Shown here: positions 10,801 through 21,000 of the stretch, piece after piece | Layout of the letters: the number at the start of each line of letters is the position of its first letter | Numbering within the stretch: the first letter of the stretch is position 1 | Source: Candidatus Poribacteria bacterium | GTDB lineage: Bacteria; Poribacteria; WGA-4E; WGA-3G | NCBI GenBank assembly: GCA_965197475.1 | Contig: CBDANF010000003.1 | Location: forward strand, 256,001 to 320,000 | Length of the DNA: 64,000 nucleotides | Direction of reading: 5' to 3' | Position numbers and translations under genes: made by a program | Notes under the pieces: model-generated | Told to the model about the DNA's origin: nothing | The model's database searches: none | The model's input: the letters and a program-made list of their open reading frames with translations, nothing else

Positions 10801-11399
10801 GGGAGATCGAATTCTCTCGCTAAATCCACCATTATCGGGTACGCCTCAAGTTCCTTGTCAATATAGTGGTTTTGCACCTCAACATAGAGGTTACGGGGAC
10901 CCATTATATCAATCAGCGTTTTGAAGTTTTGGATGCCTTCCTCCCGTTTATTTGATGAGAGGAGTTGCGGTACCTGTCCTTGGATACACCCTGTCAGTGC
11001 GATAATCCCTTCACGGTGTTCCCGCAAGATTTCCATGTCAATACGCGGTTTACTGTAGAAGCCTTCTGTGTAACCGAGCGATACCAATTCAAGCATATTT
11101 TGGTAACCCGCCGCATTTTCTACGAGAAGTGTCAGATGGTAGGGGCTGCCTTGGTCTTTACCACGTGTCCTCCTATCACCGGGAGCGACATATACCTCAC
11201 ACCCGACAATAGGGTTGACACCTGCCTTTTGTGCAGCAGTGTAAAACTCCCATGCACCGAACATATTGCCGTGGTCGGTGAGCGCGACAGCAGGGGCACT
11301 ATTTTCTACTGCCCACTGAATCATATCTGAAATGCGGCATGCCCCGTCAAGCATACTGTATTCACTGTGGTTGTGTAGATGGACAAATTCCGAAGACAT
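7863..11399 (-). CDS. dnaE: DNA polymerase III alpha subunit
   Basis: PHP motifs HLHNHSEYSMLDG and TDHGN; PDIDIDF; KFDFLG; YAFNKSHS; C-terminal OB fold. Confidence 0.98.
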   Translation of the reverse strand: MSSEFVHLHNHSEYSMLDGACRISDMIQWAVENSAPAVALTDHGNMFGAWEFYTAAQKAGVNPIVGCEVYVAPGDRRTRGKDQGSPYHLTLLVENAAGYQNMLELVSLGYTEGFYSKPRIDMEILREHREGIIALTGCIQGQVPQLLSSNKREEGIQNFKTLIDIMGPRNLYVEVQNHYIDKELEAYPIMVDLAREFDLPLIGTNDCHYLRKSDHHMHDVLLCIQTKKTVNDPDRMRFDNHFYFKDVSEMREVLKNYPPEAISNTLEIAKRCNLKLDYGKSVMPKYEVPEGHTNDSYLKELCYQGLREKLGGELSSEVQHRLDYELDIISKTGYPGYFLIVWDYVNYANKQGNPLTARGSAASSLVLYALGVITFNPMDYDCIFERFLNLERISPPDIDIDFADRARDHVIEYLVNKYGHDSVGKVATFATLGAKAAIKDVGRSLEVPLENVNKLTQLIPSTPGITLDEALEQVPEFQALAAQPENKELMDLSRAVEGMKRHVSCHASAIVISNGPLTNYVPLFKDKTDQVATQFEGKIVEDVGIVKFDFLGVRSLTEIHDCLQMIKANHGKDIKLEDIPFDDEQVYSLISKGLIAGLFQLETSPGMYRVVTQLKADNFEDFCAIPALYRPGPNKSGMTQQFIDRKNGLEKVEFIHPLLENALKNTYGVCVYQEQVMQITRDMAGFTLGEADVLRSAMGKKNPELLQAQREKFVEGALKNEISKKDAEEIYDLLEPFSGYAFNKSHSVAYAMLAYRMAYLKTHYPHEFMAAMMTGEAGDSDKITRYRAECTKLADFLGIEINVLPPDVNNCNKDFMVDGNDICFGLVAVKGVGDNAINAIVEARKEGGSFTSLQDFCERVDTKVVNKRAIEGLILSGAFDTFEGHRAQLHANLESVLKIAQSAQAERERGQMNLFEDAADIQTTTVTLTEATEYAPLERLKLEKEQLGFYVSGHPLQEYKDIIEYYTSASTQTLGGHPIESTVSVAGMITDVKNLTTRKGDSMAVLEFEDLEGSIEVVVFPEAYKKAGELFEGRIVWIEGTVKINQNGSKNRNSDDETEVEERQIQADEIVDIEVVPEQQTYAAEVTIPESDLDNLDKLKTLKELALANKGKLDLILRLMTPRFGEVIARCSPNYKIVDDDSVFKQVENLFGENCIKRSNRTKPKSKNGKRTSRMNYV

Positions 11400-11556
11400 G
11401 GCTCTCCCTACTTTTTAGATTTTTATAGATTTTACGCTCGAAAATCGGTTTAGATTTCAACTAATTTGCAAACCTAATTATAGCAGAAAAAAGTGAAATT
11501 TACACGACAAAATTTCCGAGAGAAAATGTGTCCTCGGCTTGAAGTTCAGTTTAATA

Positions 11557-11585
11557 TTGACACATCGCTTACGCACTGCTATAAT
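11557..11585 (+). promoter_or_regulatory. Consensus sigma70 promoter for the MFS gene
   Basis: TTGACA-N17-TATAAT exact match. Confidence 0.75.
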
Positions 11586-11646
11586 AGTTGATACTGTGCA
11601 ATTGCAGTTTTCTCAAGTGTGCAGAATCTGTCTTTTGAACTTACGA

Positions 11647-12873
11647 ATGCAAAAATCGAGACTTCTCCTCCTGTTTTTAACCCTGTTTTTTGTGATGCTT
11701 GGGTTTGGTATAATTATTCCAAACCTTGCTTATTACGCAGAAGATATTGGGGCATCCCCCACCAAAATCGCGATATTACTGTCTATCTACTCTGGAATGC
11801 AATTGGTGTTCGCACCGATCTGGGGTAGGTTATCAGACAAACACGGCAGAAAACCTGCAATTCTGTTTGGCTTGCTTGGGAATGCTGCTGCCTTAGTAGC
11901 CTTTGGATTGGCAAAAGACTATATGTGGCTTTTTATTGCACGCAGCGCAGCCGGGATCGCTTCAGCTGCGGTGTTGCCGAGTGTAATGGCGTATGTGGCG
12001 GATGTCACTACATCAGAGGAACGCGGTAAGGGCATGGGACTGATGGGCGCAGCAATGGGACTCGGTTTCATTCTGGGACCGGCGATTGGCGGTGTGATGG
12101 GACGGCATGATCTACCTTTCTTTGTCGCAGGCGGGTTGTCGTTATTGACTTTTCTCTTTGCGCTTGTGCTTCTACCAGAATCGCTTCAGAAAGGTACTGT
12201 GGCAGAACAGCACGAATGGGTCTCACCGCGCGAGTTATTCCGTGGGACGACGTTGAAATCGTCGCTCACGCCTCTTTTCCTTGTAGCTTTTTTTTCTACC
12301 TTTAGTTTCGCAGGATTGGAAGCTACCTTTCCACTGTTCATTAAAGAGGGTTGGGGGTTTGGACAGAGAGAGATGGGATGGATGTTTATGGTCATGGGTG
12401 CGATTGTAGTCCCGCTACAGGGTGGGTTGCTCGGAAAATTGATCAACAAGTTGGGTGAACGCCGAATAATTGTAGCAGGTTTACTACTTAACGCTCTCGG
12501 CATGGTGCTTTTGCTCTACGCTTTCAACTTTGTGACTTTAACGGTCTATCTTACGATTACGGGTATCGGCAACCAACTAATCCGTCCGACAAATACATCA
12601 TGGATTTCTAAGCAGACCCAGATTGGACAAGGTGCGGCTATCGGAATTATGGATGCTTTTTTGAGTTTAGGACGTATCTTAGGACCGCTTCTCGGTGGCT
12701 GGCTGTATGATAAATCAACACACCCAGAATTTGTAAAAACGGGTTTTAGCAGAGTTATCGGCGATTGGTTATACGGAAATAATGCCTACTCTTATGCCGT
12801 TTTAGCAGGGATTTTGTTAATTGCTGCCTTTTGTCTATATGTCCCCCTACGACGAGTTGAACGTAATAAGTAA
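11647..12873 (+). CDS. MFS transporter, TetA/DHA1-like
   Basis: GRLSDKHGRKP motif A, GFILGPAIGG motif C, multiple hydrophobic segments. Confidence 0.9.
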   Translation: MQKSRLLLLFLTLFFVMLGFGIIIPNLAYYAEDIGASPTKIAILLSIYSGMQLVFAPIWGRLSDKHGRKPAILFGLLGNAAALVAFGLAKDYMWLFIARSAAGIASAAVLPSVMAYVADVTTSEERGKGMGLMGAAMGLGFILGPAIGGVMGRHDLPFFVAGGLSLLTFLFALVLLPESLQKGTVAEQHEWVSPRELFRGTTLKSSLTPLFLVAFFSTFSFAGLEATFPLFIKEGWGFGQREMGWMFMVMGAIVVPLQGGLLGKLINKLGERRIIVAGLLLNALGMVLLLYAFNFVTLTVYLTITGIGNQLIRPTNTSWISKQTQIGQGAAIGIMDAFLSLGRILGPLLGGWLYDKSTHPEFVKTGFSRVIGDWLYGNNAYSYAVLAGILLIAAFCLYVPLRRVERNK

Positions 12874-12885
12874 GCGGAAAACACC

Positions 12886-15800
12886 TCATTTTTCTAGCAA
12901 GGTAGGCAATTGATGCGTCACGCGACGTGTGTTATATTCAAGCCTATACTGCTGGTGTGCTTCGTCATCCGGATAATGTTCAGTTTTCGGATATGGATAG
13001 GCAGACATTCCGTGAAATGGCAGTGGTTCAACCGTTTGCGATGTGAGCGTGTTGATATCACCATCTTTGTCCCACCCATCGCTGTAGAGGATAAAGTCTC
13101 GAGTCCAACCTGCTTTTAGTGGTGGTAATCGCGCTGCGTCAAATTCAACTGTGATTTCATCTCCCGCATTGAGAATAACATACATATCATCAACTGCTTG
13201 CAATAAGGGATTGACATCGCCGTAGCGGGTATAATATCCAGCCAAGTCTCGCCACTGTCCGGTTTTCGTCACTTTTTGATAGTCAAACAGATGCGGTGCG
13301 TGCAGGTTCGGGCGATACATTTCCGAGAAGCCTCGGTAGTGCAAGTCTGCACTATCAGGATTCAATTCTGTGATATCCATAGGAACATCCTGCTCGCCAA
13401 CTGCGAAAAATACGGCATCCCAGTAAATTTGCATGTCGGTTTCAATCCGAACGTGTCGGTCATCGGACAAAAATATTCCTGTCAGATCAATAGCGATAGT
13501 CTTATTTTTACCTGCGGGTATCCCAATCATATCAATGACGGTTTTCCACTTTCCAGTCTCGTCCTTCACAGCAACGGAAGGGAAATGTGGGTCAATTGCA
13601 TGATTTTGGGACAGGGCAACATTGATGCTGGTATCTGTAGGAAAAATCCAGCCATTAAGGTAGAGCGTCACAGGTGCATCATCAGGAACATCACCAAGGT
13701 CAAGGATGATAGCATGCGGTTCCACAACGCCTTGGTAAGGGCCGGGTGCGTGTTCAATGGCATAATGATAATCTGCTTTTTTTAGTGCATCAGAGACATC
13801 TTCACCTTTGTGGTTTACAGCAGATTTCGGATGTAGTTTCTCTGATACGCCATATATCTTAAATTCCGCAAACGGAGGAGGTGTGTACTGTTCATTCACG
13901 AAAATATCGGTATCGGCAGGATGGTCAACTGCTATAAGTTTAACCATATCAAAATAGGCTGTTTCCCACAACTCCTCTGTTATCTGTATAGAATATCTGC
14001 CAGATTTAGGTTGTATTTGAGATGCTGAGATTTTTACGAAATCTTTAGTCTCATCCGGTGCGACAAATCCCATAGAGGTGATGAGCCCAAGCGGAGCACG
14101 CCAAAGCAAATCGGTGACGAATTGATATTTTTCGCCATCGTAGACGTATAAAAACGGACATGAACCTTTTAATATCTGTTTTTCCAGAATCCGTTGTTTT
14201 GCCTTCGGAGTGATAACATTTTGAGGCACGCCGTTTGTCCACACAACACGCACGACATCTGCGCTGTCAAATGCACCTAATCCGAAATGCGCTACCTGTT
14301 GAGACATATATTGCAATTGATATAGGTCACTGACTTTCACCTCTAATTTTGAACCGATACCATCCCTATTAACTTTATTATTCCCAGTAGTGATGCCCTC
14401 CAATCGCACCTGTATCCAGTTATTTTGATTTCCACCGTTGTTTTGTAACGCACGCAGCTGCCCCCTGTCGTTGATAAAGAATAGGTCTAAATCTCCATCG
14501 TTATCGTAATCACCTACGGCACCCGCTACAGCTCTTTCCATCGGCGTGACGGTTTTTATGATAGAACTCGTTTCGCTGAAACGACCAGTTCCATCGTTCC
14601 GAAATAGGGATAATCCTTTTTTGCTAACAATCCATAAATCGAGAAACCCGTCATTATCATAATCGAGACTTTTTAATATAGTTGACGGGTCGTCGAACCT
14701 TTTTTTGGAAATCTGCCTTGAACGCGTATCAAAAACAAAAGTAGCGTCACCTCTATTGCGGTAGAGGTGAATACCGGTTGTGGTTGCTAAAAATAGGTCA
14801 ATGTCGCCATCGTTGTCATAATCACCCGCTGCAGCCGATGTATAAGGAACATTTTGAGGAATTCCAGTTTCGCCGGAAACCGCGCGGAGTTTTCCTTGGC
14901 GGAGGTTATCGTAAAGCGTGCATCCCGTTTCACAACGGATGGTAAATATATCGATATCGCCATCGTCGTCAAAGTCCGCAGCGAGAGCGTCTGTAGGGGT
15001 TTGCTGTGTTAGCGTGTTTGTATCTGCCGACACAAAGGTTTGGTCGCCTACATCCGTAAACGTTCCATCACCAGTATTCCGATACATCGTAATGCTGGGT
15101 TGCCCTGAAAAGAGATCAAGGTCTCCATCATGATCAAAATCAACAGGCAGAAGGATGCCCGTTTCGTCTTCTGTCTGCTCATGTTGGATTATAGGAGATG
15201 CTACCCAATTCCTGTCTGCATTTCTTTGTATTAGTGTTATCTCGGCTTTAGTTTGCGACAGGATATCTTGTGTCCCGTCTTTATCCAGATCGGCATAGGC
15301 AACAGTGTACGGAATTAAAGAAGTTTGTTTTATGATCTTCTGAAAATGTTGGACAGACACATACTTTCCGTCTACATTCCTAAGAAGTATCCCCGTCGGT
15401 GTTGTATGGACATCCAAGTTTCCGTCGTTGTCATAATCAAACAGTGAAACGACTGTATAGCTTGTTAGTTCGCCTTGCACATTGACAAGTCCAAGTTGTT
15501 GGGTGACATCCACAAATTCCACGTTTATTGATGGACTCTGTTTTGCAGTGATCCGCGCTTTAAATCCTGGACTAAACGTCTCTATCGGGTGCCCGAGAAT
15601 GTCGGTTACCAATTCGCTGATGCCTTGCTGATAGCGCGGGCTTGCCCGATGCAAATTCTCAAAAATACGGATATTTCGTGAGGCCGCCTTTTGGTCGCCT
15701 TTCTTTATTGCGTCTATCCCTTGTGTTAGGTATACCAACTTTTCAGTTTCGGTATCGCCTAACAGGATCATCAATTGCTGACAAAGGTTTCCCGCTTGTT

Positions 15801-16398
15801 CAAGTTGCTCTTGCCCCAGCAGTACTTGTGTCAACTTCAACAAGATCACAACATTTACAGGTGAGCGGGCGTGAAGTTGCTGTAAGTGTAAAACTGCCTC
15901 CCGTTGTGCTTCTGGGTTGTTTCGTTGCCCAAGATAGTGCCTAACCAGTTTATAGCGGAATTCCAATTCGTCAGGTGCTAACCGCACTGCCTCTTTCATT
16001 GCTTCAATGGCTTGCTCGCTCTGTCCTTTTAACTGATAAACCTCGGATAAGATGAAATGTAGTTGGCTATCCATGGGAACGGCATCAATTCCGCGCTTTA
16101 CCCATTCCTCTGCAGCATCAGCTTGCTGTAAGCGCAGGTGTGCAACAGCAAGATTGCCGTAGCCAATTGCCTCATCAGGGAGCAGCTCAACAAGTGCAGT
16201 AAAAGCGGGAAGTGCTTTTGAAGGTTGTGATTCTTCAAGATATGCCAACCCCAAATTTTGATACTGAATTGCTTCTTTGATAATTTTGTCACTGTCGGTT
16301 TCCTGTGCAATCGCACATAAAACGACAGAGAGAAAAATTGCGAAAATAAGGCAACCTAAAATCTTTTTTGAATGCAATAAATGGAATAGCATTGTCAA
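12886..16398 (-). CDS. Secreted TPR + FG-GAP/VCBS repeat + ASPIC/UnbV (CRTAC1-like) protein
   Basis: Signal peptide, N-terminal TPRs, many DxDxDGDLD repeats, HFGLG, KGSCPFLY. Confidence 0.88.
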   Translation of the reverse strand: MTMLFHLLHSKKILGCLIFAIFLSVVLCAIAQETDSDKIIKEAIQYQNLGLAYLEESQPSKALPAFTALVELLPDEAIGYGNLAVAHLRLQQADAAEEWVKRGIDAVPMDSQLHFILSEVYQLKGQSEQAIEAMKEAVRLAPDELEFRYKLVRHYLGQRNNPEAQREAVLHLQQLHARSPVNVVILLKLTQVLLGQEQLEQAGNLCQQLMILLGDTETEKLVYLTQGIDAIKKGDQKAASRNIRIFENLHRASPRYQQGISELVTDILGHPIETFSPGFKARITAKQSPSINVEFVDVTQQLGLVNVQGELTSYTVVSLFDYDNDGNLDVHTTPTGILLRNVDGKYVSVQHFQKIIKQTSLIPYTVAYADLDKDGTQDILSQTKAEITLIQRNADRNWVASPIIQHEQTEDETGILLPVDFDHDGDLDLFSGQPSITMYRNTGDGTFTDVGDQTFVSADTNTLTQQTPTDALAADFDDDGDIDIFTIRCETGCTLYDNLRQGKLRAVSGETGIPQNVPYTSAAAGDYDNDGDIDLFLATTTGIHLYRNRGDATFVFDTRSRQISKKRFDDPSTILKSLDYDNDGFLDLWIVSKKGLSLFRNDGTGRFSETSSIIKTVTPMERAVAGAVGDYDNDGDLDLFFINDRGQLRALQNNGGNQNNWIQVRLEGITTGNNKVNRDGIGSKLEVKVSDLYQLQYMSQQVAHFGLGAFDSADVVRVVWTNGVPQNVITPKAKQRILEKQILKGSCPFLYVYDGEKYQFVTDLLWRAPLGLITSMGFVAPDETKDFVKISASQIQPKSGRYSIQITEELWETAYFDMVKLIAVDHPADTDIFVNEQYTPPPFAEFKIYGVSEKLHPKSAVNHKGEDVSDALKKADYHYAIEHAPGPYQGVVEPHAIILDLGDVPDDAPVTLYLNGWIFPTDTSINVALSQNHAIDPHFPSVAVKDETGKWKTVIDMIGIPAGKNKTIAIDLTGIFLSDDRHVRIETDMQIYWDAVFFAVGEQDVPMDITELNPDSADLHYRGFSEMYRPNLHAPHLFDYQKVTKTGQWRDLAGYYTRYGDVNPLLQAVDDMYVILNAGDEITVEFDAARLPPLKAGWTRDFILYSDGWDKDGDINTLTSQTVEPLPFHGMSAYPYPKTEHYPDDEAHQQYRLEYNTRRVTHQLPTLLEK

Positions 16399-16659
16399 TT
16401 ATGCCTCTGACTTTTGGAGAGATGCAGCGGATTCCTGAATCGCTTGCTTTAGTGCTTTCAATCGGACCTCTAATGAATCTTCAAGTTGTTTAAGATGTAG
16501 TAGCCATGAATCTTTGGATTGGTCATCTTCTGCACCGAATCCATCAGTCATTGAAAGTCGGATATATTTTAGTCTTTCTGATTGCAGTATTTTCAGTTGT
16601 GCTTCGTAGTCTGCAATACCTGATTCTAACAGCGTTGTAAGTTCTCGTATCTGTTCCAT
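16399..16659 (-). CDS. Small helical hypothetical protein
   Basis: AGGAGA upstream of ATG 16659; amphipathic helical pattern. Confidence 0.6.
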   Translation of the reverse strand: MEQIRELTTLLESGIADYEAQLKILQSERLKYIRLSMTDGFGAEDDQSKDSWLLHLKQLEDSLEVRLKALKQAIQESAASLQKSEA

Positions 16660-16779
16660 TGGGTTCTCCTGTTCGTCTAAATTATAACCTATTTTCGCAT
16701 ATTTTGTGCCCTCAGGCAAGCGAATTTATGTATGGACGGGTGTTGAATTGAACAGAAATAGAACAAATCGTATATGCTT

Positions 16780-16842
16780 AAAAATAAAAAGCACTCAATG
16801 CAAGCGTGATACTGAACGCAGCATTGAGTGCTTTTTATTTTT
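16780..16842. terminator. Long hairpin / intrinsic terminator after the SOD-like gene
   Basis: AAAAATAAAAAGCACTCAATGC ... GCATTGAGTGCTTTTTATTTTT inverted repeat. Confidence 0.65.
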
Positions 16843-16848
16843 AAGAGA

Positions 16849-17454
16849 TTATTCTGAAAGGGTTATGACACCACAACTAACTTGCGTGCCATCTGCTAAA
16901 TCACCGGAGTCAACCTGTTCGTGGATAACCAATACTTTACCGAGTATGCCGGTTTCTGAATCGTTGTCAATAGTGACATCTGTGAGATAACTACGGCTCA
17001 CTGTACCATCTTCATCAGTTGTAAAAGAATAGGAATTAAAACCGTCAACATCCCAGATGTTACCCGGTGTGTCGCAACTGTTACCAGAATAGATATATGC
17101 GGCGTACTTACGGTCGGGGTCCGCACCCTGAATCTCGACATCAAAGTTCCGAATCGTAGTTGATCCCACAGATTCCGAATCTGAATCTACATATTCCGTG
17201 AAAGTCGCTGTACCAGTGATCCCACTTCCATCCTTTTCCTGGAGTGTTACCGTAGCTGTTTGATTTAGATCAATGAGCCCTCCACTAAATCCCTTAAGAA
17301 GCTCTGTGCTAAATGTGTTAGATGATGATGTGCGTGATTCACAACCTATAGTGAAACACACCGCTAAGATTAGAATAGTTAACACGCAGAACGTCTTATT
17401 TTTTAACGTAAAGACGTTTTGTTTGCCCATAAAAGACACTAAATTTTTGTACAT
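16849..17454 (-). CDS. Cu/Zn superoxide dismutase-fold lipoprotein lacking most metal ligands
   Basis: Lipobox FTIGC; ITGTATFT; ILGKVLVIH; C-terminal SCGVI; the HxHxH stretch reads YAAYIY. Confidence 0.7.
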   Translation of the reverse strand: MYKNLVSFMGKQNVFTLKNKTFCVLTILILAVCFTIGCESRTSSSNTFSTELLKGFSGGLIDLNQTATVTLQEKDGSGITGTATFTEYVDSDSESVGSTTIRNFDVEIQGADPDRKYAAYIYSGNSCDTPGNIWDVDGFNSYSFTTDEDGTVSRSYLTDVTIDNDSETGILGKVLVIHEQVDSGDLADGTQVSCGVITLSE

Positions 17455-17534
17455 TTTAATTTTTCCTTTTTTGCGCCAGAATTTGGCGGGTTTGGTTAAT
17501 TTGTTCTCCGTTTTGGAGACTTAGTTTATTCAAT

Positions 17535-17675
17535 CAGGACTTACGCATTCCCCCTTGATACTAAATTTAACCCCAATAGGAGGGGGTAGGGGGGTTAAAA
17601 AGTCGTTATTTCAGTGATTTAACCCCCTAAATCCCCCTTATCAGTGGGACTTTTGAATACATTGCGTAAATCCTG
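17535..17675. mobile_element. MITE-like element with terminal inverted repeats
   Basis: CAGGACTTACGCA ... TGCGTAAATCCTG (12/13 match) with internal poly-G/poly-C palindromes. Confidence 0.65.
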
Positions 17676-18055
17676 TCAATAGAAGAGATATGCCCTTGCC
17701 TCTGGCCCTCCAAATAAAATAATATCTGGTAAACCTCAGGTGCCCTATAAGTTTATGGACCGAAACATCGGGCATATCTCATATCCTCGTACAACGAGGA
17801 CGCTCTTCAAGTTTGACTTTAGTAAATCTAAAGTGCTTGTTAACAATGTCAAAGTAATTATAGACTTTGCTATAGATGTAAGTGCGGAGGTTTAAAGTCT
17901 CCCGGCAAGACTCGAAACGTTATTTTGTCTTAGCTTCTTGATTCAGTAGATTCTTTCTCTACACGCTTCCACCTATCGCTAGTCTTTTAAGTTTTTACTA
18001 AAAATACGCAACTCACTTGCAAACGCTAAATCCCGTAAGTATGTTCAGTACTGAT

Positions 18056-21000
18056 TTAGTGCTTGGTCAGAGGAATATGTGAAAAGTCTTCAAGTCCGAT
18101 AAGCTGCAAACCACCGTTTTCAGTGCCGACATAAAGTATGCCATTTGCAACAGCGATCGATGTAGCAGCGTCTGGAATTTCCGGCGTAATCCGTTCCCAA
18201 GTACTATCTGCCCTTGTCAATCGATAGACGCCACCCTGAGCATTTTTTGAAGAACTCACAGCATACAAAGCCGGACCGTCCAGAGCAAAACGGTCGAATA
18301 TGAGCTGCTGTCCATCTGAATCGGTGATGATGTTCCAGTTAGCACCATCGTTTGATTGCAAAGCACCTTTGTCGGTTGCCACATAAACGGCTTCGTCAGT
18401 GATAAGTATCTGCTTGAAAGAATCAACAGGAATCGGTAGCGATACGGTTTTCCAATTGCGCCCTCTATCAACAGAGTAAAGGAAAACACCATCGGGCTTG
18501 CCAACGTAGACAGTATCCCCAGAAACACCCAACTTGAAACTATTAAAAGAGGTAAGGTCGGCGAAGTCGCGAGTATCTTCGATCTTGGTATCGGACCAAC
18601 CTGTCCCGTTGTTCACTTGAGATGAAGAGTCCCATATCAGAAGTTTCCGTCCGTGCTCAACATAGAATGTGTTCACACTGACAGCAAATGTCCCCAAGAT
18701 ATTTGCTCCCATGCTAAGGAACTTTCCTTGCAAATTACTGGCATTTTCCCCATTACCCTCCTTCTTCCTATCATCCTCCACAGATGTCTGTACTGCCTCC
18801 ATAAATGCTGCTATGAGATCCGTTCTACCAAGGGCAGGAACACCTTGGATCGGGATAAGTGTCTCACTCTGTTCGTCTAAACGGAAAAAGTTTAGTTGGA
18901 GTGCTATGAGTCCTTTTGCATAAAGGATTCCATCTGCTTCTGTTATTTGTTGTATTCTTGCTATTTGTTGTATTCTTGCCTTGGACAGCGGTAGCTTGCG
19001 GTTATAAAAAGTCATATTCGTATCATCTGAATTCACAGGAATTGCTTTCCATGACTGTCCACCGTCGGTTGATGTAACAAGTTGGTTATCTGCTACTGCG
19101 TAGAGTTTATTATTAAAGACAGTTAGATTTTGTATTTTGCCTCCCAATCCGGTGTTAAATCGTTTCCACGAGTCCCCGCTATCGGTTGAACGTCGAATTC
19201 CGTTGTGATCCCCTACGTAAAATTGATATTTGCCGTTTTTAGATTGCTGTTGATGAGAGGATTCACCGCTACTTTTTACTTTCAAAGCAGCAAAAGCACC
19301 TTGACTTGGAAAACTTCCCGAAGGCACCGCATTACCAATAGGTATCCAAGTTTTTCCCTCATCAGTTGACCGTAAAGTGTCGTGTCCAATTAACATAACC
19401 GTTTTTCCTGCAGCAGCAATCATAAGATTTGCAGCTTTCTGATTTTTTTCAAAAGCGTTTTTTGGTGTTATGTCTGTCCACGAATCGCCTCGATCTGTTG
19501 ATCTAAAAACTGCCCATAAAGGTTGTTTACTTAGTGCTGTCTTTACTGCTTCCATTAAAGTTGTATCGGTCATAATTTTTAGGCGTCCTGTGACAACATA
19601 CAGGCGATGTTCTGAAACTGCGAATGCGTGAATGGATTTAGATTCCGCTACCGGTAATTGTTCCCATACACCTGATCTATCAAGACCATTTTCCGAACTC
19701 GGTTCCAGATTGAAGCGGAAGAGCCCTTGATCGGTACCAGCAAACAGTGTGTTTTCGTTGGATGCTACCGCATAGATTTTTCTGCTTGCCAAACCGTTGT
19801 TTAGAGGTGTCCAAGAGACCCCGGCATCATCAGAGAAAAACATCCCTTGTAGTAGTCCGAGATAGAACTCAATAAAGCCTTGTGCCTTATCCTTTACTAC
19901 CAAACCAATTGGCTGTCCTTTCGGATGGGTGCAGAGAGATTTCCATGTTTTACCTCTGTCTTCCGATGTGAGTACTGCCTCATCAGTTACAATATAAAGA
20001 ATGTCATTGTGCTCTACTATCGGAGTTGTGGTCTCCGAAGTAGGGAGGCTATTGTTAATTAAGTGCCATCTTTCACTATTATCTCCCATTCGATAAAGTC
20101 CTATTGAAGTCATGGCATAAAGGTCGTTTGTTTTAGTGGCAAATAGTGTGGATACTTTCGCCGCTTCAGGACTGTCAAGTTGAGTCCACCGTTCCGTTGA
20201 GAGTGGCACCTCTGTTTCAATTGTTTGGAAAACATCGGTAAGATTTACCTTTTCGGTCATATCCGTTTTCTCGCCAGTGCCTTGACTTTTACTGGGAATA
20301 TCAGTGTTCCCGAGTTGATTACGTTGATCAGGTTTTATTTTCCGGATAACACTAACAGGCGTATCAACGATTTCAACCGTTAACATTGATTCGGCATTGA
20401 AGTCGTACGGTTGGAAAAAGAGGGAAAGATGTTGGACTCCAATTCCTATCAATAAAAAGACTAAAATGGCAGAGGCAGCAGAAACCACCCACGGCAAAAA
20501 AGGCTTGCTGCTTGAAGGAACAATGGGATTAATGCGTGAGATTTCCTTCATTATGTTCTCTGTCAATTGTGTTGGAAGTTGGAAGCTGCTGAGGTTTTCC
20601 TGAATTATCGCTTCTTCTTTCCTTAAACGGTTGCGGGCGCGGTTGAGTCGGCTTTTAACCGTATTCGGAGACACACCGAGCATCTTACTAATCGTCTCAC
20701 ATGTCATTTCTCCGAGATAATGGAGCATCATGACCGTACGTTCACTCTCAGGAAGCTTTTGGAGCAGTTTCTGGACTACTTCCCGCAGGGCTTCAGTCGA
20801 TTCAGAGTCTCGTTTTTCTGCCATATATTGTGAATGTGACACTTGAGCGATCTCCATTTTGTCAGTAGTTTCTAAAGATTGGATCGGAAGCTTCTTCTTT
20901 CGGTGCCATTCAGTGCATAAGTGAGACGCAATAACATATACCCATCCCGCAAATAAGTTGTGGTCTTTCAAAGTTCTGAGTCTTTCATAAGCTCTGAGAA

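Noticed and set aside
7863-11399. Intein or error-prone DnaE2
   Set aside because: Length and motifs fit an ordinary replicative DnaE with no insertion, and imuA/imuB are not adjacent
16789-16833. AAGCACTC...GAGTGCTT resembling a CIRCE operator
   Set aside because: The spacer is far longer than 9 bp and the arms extend into A/T tails just after a stop codon; a terminator explains it better
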